This document shows, piece by piece, positions 27,838 to 35,745 of a DNA stretch of 35,745 bases. Position 1 is the stretch's first letter; each line of letters begins with the position of its first letter. Made by a program: the position numbers and the translations under genes. Origin of the DNA: an uncultured Eubacterium sp. GTDB lineage: Bacteria; Bacillota; Clostridia; Peptostreptococcales; Anaerovoracaceae. The DNA is taken from contig CAZTIY010000002.1 in the NCBI GenBank assembly GCA_964613765.1, positions 1 to 35,745 on the forward strand, given 5' to 3'. A model generated the notes under the pieces. It saw only the letters and a list, made by a program, of their open reading frames with translations, was not told where the DNA came from and did not search any database.

Positions 27838-27876
27838 CGACTGCACAAGAATTTATATTTAAGTTTCTCGCTGCAC

Positions 27877-28021
27877 GTTACAGTTCACACAAGGTATTTG
27901 AGGGACGGGCGGCATAGCACCGTTGCGAAAAAAGGTCCTCGCTTCGCGCAGTTTCTACGAGTCGCTTGCCTCCTGCGGGGCGCGGCCGGTATATAAATAA
28001 ATTTAAGTATGAACAGGTTAC
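27877..28021. mobile_element. MITE copy, about 145 bp, degenerate right end
   Basis: Left end gttacagttcacac shared with the other copies; right end gtatgaacag(g)ttac; TSD not recognisable. Confidence 0.55.
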
Positions 28022-28109
28022 CGCCCGATTGAACTGATTATACAGCATGTCAGGCGGCGTGAAGTTTTCGCGTGAATCCTCCGGGTGTGAAGACCGGAAT
28101 GATAACGAT

Positions 28110-28140
28110 GAAGCCCCGGGGCAGATTTCTCCGGGGCTTC
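28110..28140 (-). terminator. Hairpin downstream of the GlyA paralog
   Basis: Perfect 10-bp stem gaagccccgg / ccggggcttc; weak U-tract. Confidence 0.5.
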
Positions 28141-28163
28141 AGAATCATGTTAATTACGGCGTT

Positions 28164-29420
28164 TCAGTCGTCGAACGAACCCTCCGGGTACAGAGGGAAC
28201 CCCGCGATAAGTTCGCGAACCTCCGCCCTGCAGGAGTCAAGGTTTGATTCATCAAAGGGCGCTTCCGCCACCCTGTTCATTATGGAAGCGATACGCCTTA
28301 TCTCCGGTTCTTTCAGTCCGCGCTGGGTCACCGCCGTGAGTCCTATGCGGACACCGCTTGTCACGCCGGGTTTTTCCCGGTCGAACGGTATCATATTCTT
28401 GTTCACGGTTATGCCTGTGCTGTTAAGCGCCTCCTGAAAATCTCTGCCCGTAATGCCCTTTCCTCTGAGGTCGGCCACGAGAAGATGATTATCGGTGCCT
28501 CCGCTCACAATCCTGAAGTCATATTTCGTGAGTTCCTCCGCCAGACATCTGGCGTTCCTCACTACCTGCTCCATGATCTCGCGGAATTCCTGCGAGGCCG
28601 CATACTTGAATGACCATGCCTTCGCCGCCATCGTATGGAGATGTACGGAGCCGATCGCGCCCGGGAATGTCCCTCTGTCAAGAATCTTAGCGTACTTTTC
28701 CCTGCAGAACACCATGCCGCTCCTCGTGGAGCAGAATGTCTTCGCAGTGGAGGATGTAACAAAATCGGCGTAAGGAACGGGACTCGGAATGACCTTCGCG
28801 GCGACAAGACCGGATATATGCGCCATATCCACCATGAAGTAAGCGCCGACTTCCTCAGCTGTTTTCGCGATCCTCTCATAATCTATGAGTCTTGAATATG
28901 AACTCGCGCCGGCTATGATAAGTTCAGGCCGGAATTCCTCCGCCTTCGCCTGAAGCGCGTCATAGTCGATGAGCTCCGTCTCAGGATCGACGCCGTAAAA
29001 GTCAAAATTATATATTTTGCTTACCCAGTTCGCGGGGGAACCGTGCGTAAGGTGACCGCCCTGATCCAGTCTCATTGCAAGAACCCTGTCTCCCGGTTTC
29101 AGAATCGCCGAGAAAACACTATAGTTAGCCGTTGAACCCGAGTATGTCTGGATATTTACATGCTCGGCGCCGTACAGGGCCTTCGCTCTTTCCCACGCCA
29201 GTCTCTCCAGTCTGTCCGCGTTCTCCGCTCCGGCCTGATACCGACTTCCGGGATATCCCTCAAGTGTCTTGTTCGTGAAGATACTGCCGTTCAGCTCCAT
29301 AATCTCAAGCGGCGCGGTACTCTCCGAAGCGATCATTTCAACGGTGTGGATTTGACGGTCCAGATCATCAGCGACAATCTGATAGAGTTCGGGATCGGAA
29401 ATACGAGTGTTTTTCAGCAT
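28164..29420 (-). CDS. glyA: Serine hydroxymethyltransferase-family PLP enzyme, divergent (alpha-methylserine hydroxymethyltransferase-like)
   Basis: IASE, EGYPG, GGHLTHG, DMAH, PLP lysine K227, SGGTDNHL, NKN, SGVRIG; non-canonical NKTLEG, TSSTAK and GSVH segments. Confidence 0.88.
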   Translation of the reverse strand: MLKNTRISDPELYQIVADDLDRQIHTVEMIASESTAPLEIMELNGSIFTNKTLEGYPGSRYQAGAENADRLERLAWERAKALYGAEHVNIQTYSGSTANYSVFSAILKPGDRVLAMRLDQGGHLTHGSPANWVSKIYNFDFYGVDPETELIDYDALQAKAEEFRPELIIAGASSYSRLIDYERIAKTAEEVGAYFMVDMAHISGLVAAKVIPSPVPYADFVTSSTAKTFCSTRSGMVFCREKYAKILDRGTFPGAIGSVHLHTMAAKAWSFKYAASQEFREIMEQVVRNARCLAEELTKYDFRIVSGGTDNHLLVADLRGKGITGRDFQEALNSTGITVNKNMIPFDREKPGVTSGVRIGLTAVTQRGLKEPEIRRIASIMNRVAEAPFDESNLDSCRAEVRELIAGFPLYPEGSFDD

Positions 29421-29529
29421 AAATCAGTACCTCATAATATACAAAAAATCATCGGCGGTTTCCGTCCGGCAGGCAAAACACACGCTTAACACATAAAACT
29501 TTATCGGGAAGACACCTGCCCTCGATGCA

Positions 29530-29604
29530 GCGCCCCCTCCCGGTTTGCACGATGACGGCGCCCCTTCCGGTTTGCACGATGACGCGCCTCTCCCGGTTCA
29601 CACG
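29530..29604. repeat. Tandem repeat, 3 units of about 27 bp
   Basis: ccggtttgcacgatgacg exact at 29540 and 29567; third unit degenerate. Confidence 0.85.
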
Positions 29605-29811
29605 GCGCCCGCGGTTCGTCCTGCCGGGCAGTAAAGATATCACGGCGCGAAACAGATATAAATACCGAAATCCTGCCCCTTTTATATGAAAAATAACATC
29701 TTCCCGCAGAAGAAGCACGCCGCGCGGCGGTAAAACGGCTCATCGCGCGGCGTCATGTAAATGCTTCGCCGTTTATCAGGTCCGGAGCAGAGACATCTGA
29801 TCAATCCTGCA

Positions 29812-30333
29812 TCAGATGATTCCCTGAATGCTGAGCACGATCTGCGCGATCAGAGCGGAGCCGATGAATGTGCCGAACATGACGAGGAGCGAAACCAGTA
29901 TTCCTCTCCAGCCTATCCGCTTAAATTCCGCCCAGTCCTTGCCCATTGAGATGCCGGCATAGGCGAGAATGGGGCAGGCAGTCGCAAGCATGTTGATCTT
30001 ATTTGTCGCTTCGACTACGTACGCTCCGGTAGGGCTGTAAGGCATAGCCAGTAAAACGCCGATAACAGTGATCCATATCGCTGCGGGGATCTTCGGAAAA
30101 ACAGCGGCGAGGAAAAGTCCGAGCCACGCGATCCCGAGGAGTATCAGAAGCCCCGGCACGCTTTCCGTGATGGTTGTTGCCCAGCTGAATTCAGAGACGC
30201 CCAGTGACGCGCGCCATGCATTGATTGCGTTATCCACGAACACGATAGCTGTTGTGATGACAATGACCAGTGTAAATTCTATAAAAGATTCTTTTGTAAG
30301 CCGCGCTTTGGCGCCGGTTTTAGTCTCTTCCAT
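29812..30333 (-). CDS. Small membrane protein, partner subunit of the DUF3100-type transporter
   Basis: About 5 TM helices; PILAYAGISMGKD and GTFIGSALIAQ motifs; GGGGGA SD. Confidence 0.75.
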   Translation of the reverse strand: MEETKTGAKARLTKESFIEFTLVIVITTAIVFVDNAINAWRASLGVSEFSWATTITESVPGLLILLGIAWLGLFLAAVFPKIPAAIWITVIGVLLAMPYSPTGAYVVEATNKINMLATACPILAYAGISMGKDWAEFKRIGWRGILVSLLVMFGTFIGSALIAQIVLSIQGII

Positions 30334-30354
30334 TTCTGTATCCCCCTTCCGGTC

Positions 30355-31161
30355 CTATTCTTTCTCCGCTTTCGCGGCTTTATGTGAGGTGAGCTTGTCA
30401 TACAGGAAATTCGTCAGGGGCAGCGCGATCAAAAGTGCCATGAACACAGCGTCCGCGGTGGATAACGTGTTGCTTGTAGCCGCGTAGGCCGTGATCTCCT
30501 CTGCCATATCCGGATAAATTCCCGTAAGTGTTCCGGAAGACGCCGCCATCATCGAGCCGCTGCCGACGCCGCACGCCATGGCGAGAGCGTAAGGATGAAT
30601 CGGGGTCATGGACAAAAGCGAAACAATGAGTCCCATGAAAATAGTTCCGATAATCGTACCTACCGTGTATGTGGTCATAACCCCGCGACCCTCCGGAGAA
30701 TCGAGCCCGTATTTGGAAGCGATGACTCCGACGTTGGGCTCACGCGCGATGGAATATGTCATGCCGACCGCTTCTCTCTTGAATCCGAGAAGAAGCGCGA
30801 ACGGAAGGGCCACAAATATGGTTCCCAGGTTCCCGAATTCCTGCAGGATCAGCGCGGGTCCCGCTTTAATGACGGCATCCAGTGAACCGCCGGCTACACA
30901 GGCGATTTTCGCCATAAACAGGGCGATACCTGTTACGACGATCTTCCCCGCCACCCCGTCATAACGCGAATCGATCCATTTGAAAGGTTTGGCCAGGTAG
31001 ACGATAATGCCCATAACCATCGCGAAAAGCATCGGAAGGAACATGATGCTCGCTTTCCCTACCGGTATGCTGATTGTCCCGATCACTTCCGAGATCACGA
31101 TGATACCCAGCACCGTAAGATGAAGCGGCCATGCCTTTAACAGACTGTTGGATTTTTCCAT
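30355..31161 (-). CDS. DUF3100-family membrane protein (putative amino-acid transporter subunit)
   Basis: GPALILQEFGNLGT, REAVGMTYSIAREP, GLDSPEGRG, LAMACGVGSGSMM. Confidence 0.85.
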   Translation of the reverse strand: MEKSNSLLKAWPLHLTVLGIIVISEVIGTISIPVGKASIMFLPMLFAMVMGIIVYLAKPFKWIDSRYDGVAGKIVVTGIALFMAKIACVAGGSLDAVIKAGPALILQEFGNLGTIFVALPFALLLGFKREAVGMTYSIAREPNVGVIASKYGLDSPEGRGVMTTYTVGTIIGTIFMGLIVSLLSMTPIHPYALAMACGVGSGSMMAASSGTLTGIYPDMAEEITAYAATSNTLSTADAVFMALLIALPLTNFLYDKLTSHKAAKAEKE

Positions 31162-31337
31162 CTTCTTTCTTACCTCCTCTACATCTTTTACATAAGTTTG
31201 TTGTCATCATCCGCATGACCTCCGGCGGAACTTACCGTTATGTCCGCCGGAGATGCGAACGAAAACGGCAGTTAAATCGCCCGGACCGTATCAGAATCAG
31301 GTGTTACGTCCGCCCGGGACGGGAACCTGCCGCAGTC

Positions 31338-32525
31338 TCAGGCTTTATAACATACCCGGCCGTCGTGTATTGTCATCCGGACATCCCTCGCGGCTTTGAT
31401 ATCTTCTAACGGGTTTCCTTTTAAGAGTACCAGATCGGCTTTCTTCCCCGTTTCGACCGTACCTGTCTCATCATCTATCCCGAGGAGCTTCGCGTTGTTC
31501 GCGGTGGCCGTTACGAGAACGTCCATATTCGACATGCCGGCTTCAGTATGAAGTTCCAGTTCTCCGGCGTAAGCGAACGTATCGGGATTGGTAAACGGAC
31601 ATCCGGAGTCGGTTCCGAGCCCCATTTTTACGCCCGCTTTAATTGCGGTCCTCAAAGCATTGCTCCAGCGTTCCTGGAGACCGGCCGCGGCGTATTTCAT
31701 TTTCTTAACGGACGGATCGGGATCATTCTCATCGAACATCGTGGCCTCCCGGAGCGTCACAATTCTGGTAGAGACATACCATGTTCCCTTGTCCACCATC
31801 ATCTGGGCCGTTTCCTCATCCATGGCGGTACCGTGCTCCACGCACGTGAGACCGGCGTTCACACATATAACGAGCGCCTCGCGGTTCATGACATGCGCGC
31901 AGGTCGGCGTATTGAATGCTCTCCCCACATCACAGACAGCCTTTATCTGTTCTTCGGACAGCTCCACCTCTGAAGCCGGTCCCACACCGATAACGCCGGA
32001 AGTGGGCATCATCTTAAGCCAGTCGACGCCCCTCTTCACCTGCTCACGCGCGGCCTTCCTGATTTCACCGACAGTGTCGCACTCTATACCGATGTCGTAA
32101 CAATGTCCCGTAGTGATGCAGAGCACCCTGCCGCTTGCGAGGATCCGCGGAACCGACACCTCACCCGCTCTTTCCATGTTCCTGAGATAAATATCAGCGC
32201 CGCAGGCTGTGCCTACCGCTCTCAGAGTAGTGATACCCGACTTGAAGAAATTGCGCGCCTGACTTGCGGCGCGTATTCCCGCCTCTTCCGGTGTCATGCC
32301 GCCGAAAGAGACAGAGCCGTTAGGAAACACCTTTGTCCCGAGATGAACATGGCTGTCAATGAAACCGGGAAGAAGCGCGTCACCGCCCGCGTCTATGACG
32401 AGGTCAGCGTCGAACGGCTCCGTGCCGATCGCCGATATCCTGTCGTTCTCGATGAGAACACAGGCGTTCTTCAGATACGTTCCGTCGCCCGGTATGAGGA
32501 ACGCGTTGTTTACAGCTGTTTTCAT
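31338..32525 (-). CDS. Metal-dependent amidohydrolase (prolidase/carboxypeptidase-like subgroup)
   Basis: PGFIDSHVH, GITTLR, TGH, WLK, AHV, EHGT, GTDSG, GKKADLV; GGAGGG SD. Confidence 0.9.
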   Translation of the reverse strand: MKTAVNNAFLIPGDGTYLKNACVLIENDRISAIGTEPFDADLVIDAGGDALLPGFIDSHVHLGTKVFPNGSVSFGGMTPEEAGIRAASQARNFFKSGITTLRAVGTACGADIYLRNMERAGEVSVPRILASGRVLCITTGHCYDIGIECDTVGEIRKAAREQVKRGVDWLKMMPTSGVIGVGPASEVELSEEQIKAVCDVGRAFNTPTCAHVMNREALVICVNAGLTCVEHGTAMDEETAQMMVDKGTWYVSTRIVTLREATMFDENDPDPSVKKMKYAAAGLQERWSNALRTAIKAGVKMGLGTDSGCPFTNPDTFAYAGELELHTEAGMSNMDVLVTATANNAKLLGIDDETGTVETGKKADLVLLKGNPLEDIKAARDVRMTIHDGRVCYKA

Positions 32526-32960
32526 AAAATATCCCTCCAGCCTGCACAGAATTTTCAGGTTCGTCAATTTCCGCCCGGCTTTATGCCGACGGACTTATTT
32601 GTTTATAAAATACAATTTTCTCCGTGATTTTTTATTACGATTATTAACTGATTTTTTACCGTTTATACCGACTTTCCCGGACACAGCGCGGGTTACGGCA
32701 GATAAACGGCATCAGTTACAGCGGATTCCGGGCGCGTACAGTCAGAATTTCCGGGTCAGTATTACCGCCCGGCATTTTACGTACAGAATTTACAGGGTGA
32801 TATTCACAATTTGAAATACGTACCGCCTCCGAAAGGTATTCACCTTCATTTCTTATGATATACGCAAAAAATTGCTGTTATAATATCTGTATAACATACC
32901 TGCCGGGAGAGGAATTTCCCGACCGCTGATTCAGCCCGTTCATCCTGCGGGGAATGAGAT

Positions 32961-34631
32961 ATGATACTTCAAAAGACTTCCTGGGGAAAAATAGAATGGC
33001 TTCAGACGGACGACAGTTCGCGGTCGCTGTACTTCCAGTCATACATGAATATCGGCATCGTCACGATTCTGCCTCACGCCCGCCAGCGGAGCCATATTCA
33101 CTACGAGACAGAACAGTTTATCTATGTTATGCAGGGACGCGGCCTTGATCTCATCAACGGAAAAACGAGAACCATCGAAAAAGATGTTTTCTATCATATA
33201 CCGCCTAATGTGACGCACTGCATGATGAATACGGGGGATGAAGAAATTAAGCATATCGTCGTTTCCGTCTACGCGGGGAGACGCGGCGCTCTTTCCCATG
33301 ATCTCCCGGAAATCGAAAATCATAAAAACTTCCTCTATGAAGCTGTTTCCGCCGTCCGGGAGCAGATCATAAGCTATAATTCACCGCCTGTCACCATCCT
33401 TGACAGCTCCGGATATCCGGTGCTTCAGTCAGAAAATTATCCCGACTACTGCCTGAATCATTGCAGTATTCTCCGGGATCCCGGGAATTGCGCCTGCATT
33501 CGGACCGGGCCCGCCGCAAAGAACGGGAATCCGGAAAAAGCCCCTGCCACGGACGCGCCCGAACCGGCATTTGCCGCGGGTAAGGCTCATGCCCCGGAAG
33601 TTTCTGATCAGGAACGTTCGGCGGAAAGCTCCCCCTCGGAGGCGGCCCCCGATCCGGAAACTCCGGCTGTAAACGGGCCGGCGGCTTCCTTCGAAAGCGG
33701 TACCGTGATCTGTCCGTACGGTCTTGCTGTTTCATATACTCCTGTCCGCTACGATAAATATATACTCGGTCACATTTTCAGCGGACACCTGTTTCTTGAG
33801 GGGGACCCCGACCTGAACGACATCGACATGTATGAGACGTCAATGGGAACTCTGACGGGCGTACAGTCATGGATTGAAGACATAGCGGAAAGCATCGCCG
33901 TTTATTGCAGTTTCGAAGCCATGAGACAGAATCTGAACCTTCAGAAAAGCATCATCCTGAAGGGAAAAAACGAGCAGAATAATCTTAAGTCGCGCCTGAT
34001 GACTTCCGAAAACACGGTCACAAGTCTCCGAATCGATCATCACTTCCTGTTCAACACTTTGAACGCAATCGCGGGACTCGCGCTTCTCGGCGACGGAAAT
34101 GCCACATATCAGGCAATCACGGATCTCGCGAAGATGCTTCGATATTCCTCCTCGGACAATCTCCGGACAGTCAGACTGGAAGAGGAAATCTCCTCACTCA
34201 GAACATATCTCCATATGCAGGAACTCCGTTACGGAAGCGGTTTGACAACAGAGATAAACTGTCCTCCCGAGGTCCTGGACTGTATCGTACCCTATAATTT
34301 TCTGCAGCCCATTGTTGAAAACGCCTTCACGCACGGTTTCACGGACATGATGAGCCGTAAGATACTGAAAGTAGAAATAAATAAAAAGGATGACCGTCTT
34401 CTGTTTACAATTACGAATAACGGAAAACTTATCGACGGTATGACTGTCGACCGCATTCTGACCGGAATGAGAACCGGTTCCGGTCACGGTCTTTCCCTCG
34501 TCTATACAAGGCTAAGGAACGTCTGCGGGGAGGACTTTTCCATAGAAATAACATCCGGAGAACCGGGCGGCACATCGGTCACGGTGTCGCTGCCGTTCCT
34601 CAGGGACAGTGATAATGACACGGAAATGTAA
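32961..34631 (+). CDS. Cytoplasmic histidine kinase: cupin + PocR-like sensor + YesM/LytS-type kinase
   Basis: Cupin HIH..EQFIYV..PPNVTH; PocR-like YPDYC..C..C..CPYGL segment; HFLFNTLN H-box, LQPIVENAFTHG, GHGL; no TM helix. Confidence 0.85.
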   Translation: MILQKTSWGKIEWLQTDDSSRSLYFQSYMNIGIVTILPHARQRSHIHYETEQFIYVMQGRGLDLINGKTRTIEKDVFYHIPPNVTHCMMNTGDEEIKHIVVSVYAGRRGALSHDLPEIENHKNFLYEAVSAVREQIISYNSPPVTILDSSGYPVLQSENYPDYCLNHCSILRDPGNCACIRTGPAAKNGNPEKAPATDAPEPAFAAGKAHAPEVSDQERSAESSPSEAAPDPETPAVNGPAASFESGTVICPYGLAVSYTPVRYDKYILGHIFSGHLFLEGDPDLNDIDMYETSMGTLTGVQSWIEDIAESIAVYCSFEAMRQNLNLQKSIILKGKNEQNNLKSRLMTSENTVTSLRIDHHFLFNTLNAIAGLALLGDGNATYQAITDLAKMLRYSSSDNLRTVRLEEEISSLRTYLHMQELRYGSGLTTEINCPPEVLDCIVPYNFLQPIVENAFTHGFTDMMSRKILKVEINKKDDRLLFTITNNGKLIDGMTVDRILTGMRTGSGHGLSLVYTRLRNVCGEDFSIEITSGEPGGTSVTVSLPFLRDSDNDTEM

Positions 34632-34637
34632 CTTCTT

Positions 34638-34866
34638 ACGGAAACCGTGTTCATTACCTGCGGAAGACCGGCGGAGGGTATGGAGTTACAGTATCTTATA
34701 AATCAGGAAGGGCAGCCCTTATGGCAAAGACGATCATTACCGCTGATGAGCGGGTGGCGGAAACTGCTATACAACATTTGACAAATCAGGAAAGGCAAAG
34801 CTTATGATAAAGGCGATCATTGCCGATGATGAGCGGGCGGCGGGTATCGTTATACAGCACCTCATC
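34638..34866 (+). repeat. Three tandem 83-bp copies of the response-regulator 5' end
   Basis: Start-codon positions 34638 (ACG), 34721 (ATG) and 34804 (ATG); aaatcaggaa.ggca..cctt/gctt precedes the last two. Confidence 0.8.
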
Positions 34867-35547
34867 GAAAGAAGCAGATTCCCGATAGAAATTATCGGGA
34901 CAGCCGCGAACGGTCCGGCGGCGCTCGATCTTATCCGTTCCGGCGACCCTGATCTGATCTTCATGGACATCAGGATGCCGGGCATGAACGGTTTTGAAAT
35001 TATGCGTGAAGAACCGCGCCGAAGATACATCATTGTCACGGCTTATGAATCTTTCCGGTACGCGCAGGAGGCCCTCCGGCTCGGCGCGAAGGACATCCTG
35101 CTGAAGCCCGTGGATTATGACATGTTCTGCTCCGCCGTCAAGAGAGCCATAGGCTGGGAATTCACGCAGAACGATCTGACCAACGACATTCTTGAATACC
35201 TGCATGGCAATTTCGATAAAAATATCGAGGTCAATCAGCTCGCGAAACTGTTCTATACCACTCCCGGGAATATCGCGAGGACATTCAAAAATAACACGGG
35301 CACGAGCATCATCGCTTATCTCCATGCGATCAGGATAAAAAACGCGATAGATATGCTGTAAAACACAAAACCGCACATTATGGTAATCGCCGACCGGGGC
35401 GGTTATTAAAATCTTAACAACTACAACAGACATTTAAAAAAAGCGACCGGTTACACGCCGGCCGCCTGCCGCAGGGAAAATATTCACCTTTCCGGGACAG
35501 TCGGCATTAAGGATCTTATAAAAGGGCCTGAGGCCGCAGAGCATTGA
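34804..35547 (+). pseudogene. YesN/AraC-type response regulator interrupted by two in-frame TAA codons (or sequencing errors)
   Basis: REC domain (ADDE, FMDIRMPG, TAY, LKP); reading through TAA 35359 and TAA 35407 gives IADRGGY*NLNNYNRHLKKATGYTP, the second AraC HTH. Confidence 0.8.
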
Positions 35548-35555
35548 GGAGGAAT

Positions 35556-35745
35556 ATGAAAATAAAAACTATGAGTAACACGACTAAGTATATAGAACCG
35601 ACGAAATCGAAAACAGAGTCGAACTTAAAATCGAATGATGAAGCCTGGAAAAAACTTTTTAAGTATTATGATATTCTCAGTCGCATTGAAAACGACGGAA
35701 GTTATAAAATATCCGCATCCCAGATTAAAAAATTACGGGAGCCCC
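35556..35745 (+). CDS. Probable type II restriction-enzyme-like protein, 3'-truncated by the window edge
   Basis: GAGGAGG SD; open frame MKIKT...NDEAWKKLFKYYDILSRIENDGSYKISASQIKKLREP resembles the N-terminus of a family usually found next to DNA adenine methylases (recalled, not searched); AT-rich. Confidence 0.55.
   Translation, partial: MKIKTMSNTTKYIEPTKSKTESNLKSNDEAWKKLFKYYDILSRIENDGSYKISASQIKKLREP

Noticed and set aside
35359-35409. TAA read-through or alternative genetic code
   Set aside because: TAA is used as a normal stop by other genes here, and neighbouring codons are also damaged

Overview
Chromosomal segment of an anaerobic Firmicute (Clostridia-type gene content and SD/sigmaA signals; moderately GC-rich with AT-rich edges). 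From left to right, mostly on the minus strand: an AT-rich gene fragment and a patch of gene relics, including a collapsed agmatine-deiminase pseudogene; an OPT transporter with a P1/NylC-like peptidase; a Zn-macrodomain / class-M sirtuin / WYL regulator / metallophosphoesterase cluster; L-serine dehydratase; an insertion-bloated RlmD; an ECF sigma with an RsgI-PepSY anti-sigma; the AI-2E-murB-PHP-rapZ-whiA block (no yvcK); a membrane-anchored EndA-like nuclease behind a perfect LexA box; an alpha/beta hydrolase and a flavoprotein; a trimeric NuoE/NuoF/[FeFe]-hydrogenase operon; a candidate catabolic cassette; and the start of a probable restriction enzyme. The cassette comprises a cupin-PocR histidine kinase and an AraC response regulator divergent from an amidohydrolase, a DUF3100-type two-subunit transporter and a GlyA paralog with alpha-methylserine-hydroxymethyltransferase-like motifs. 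It is the best candidate for an undescribed system. The non-coding DNA holds a small MITE family (one copy with a perfect 8-bp target-site duplication) and many degenerate tandem duplications. No rRNA, tRNA or CRISPR array was seen. All family calls come from motif recognition by eye; no database searches were run.
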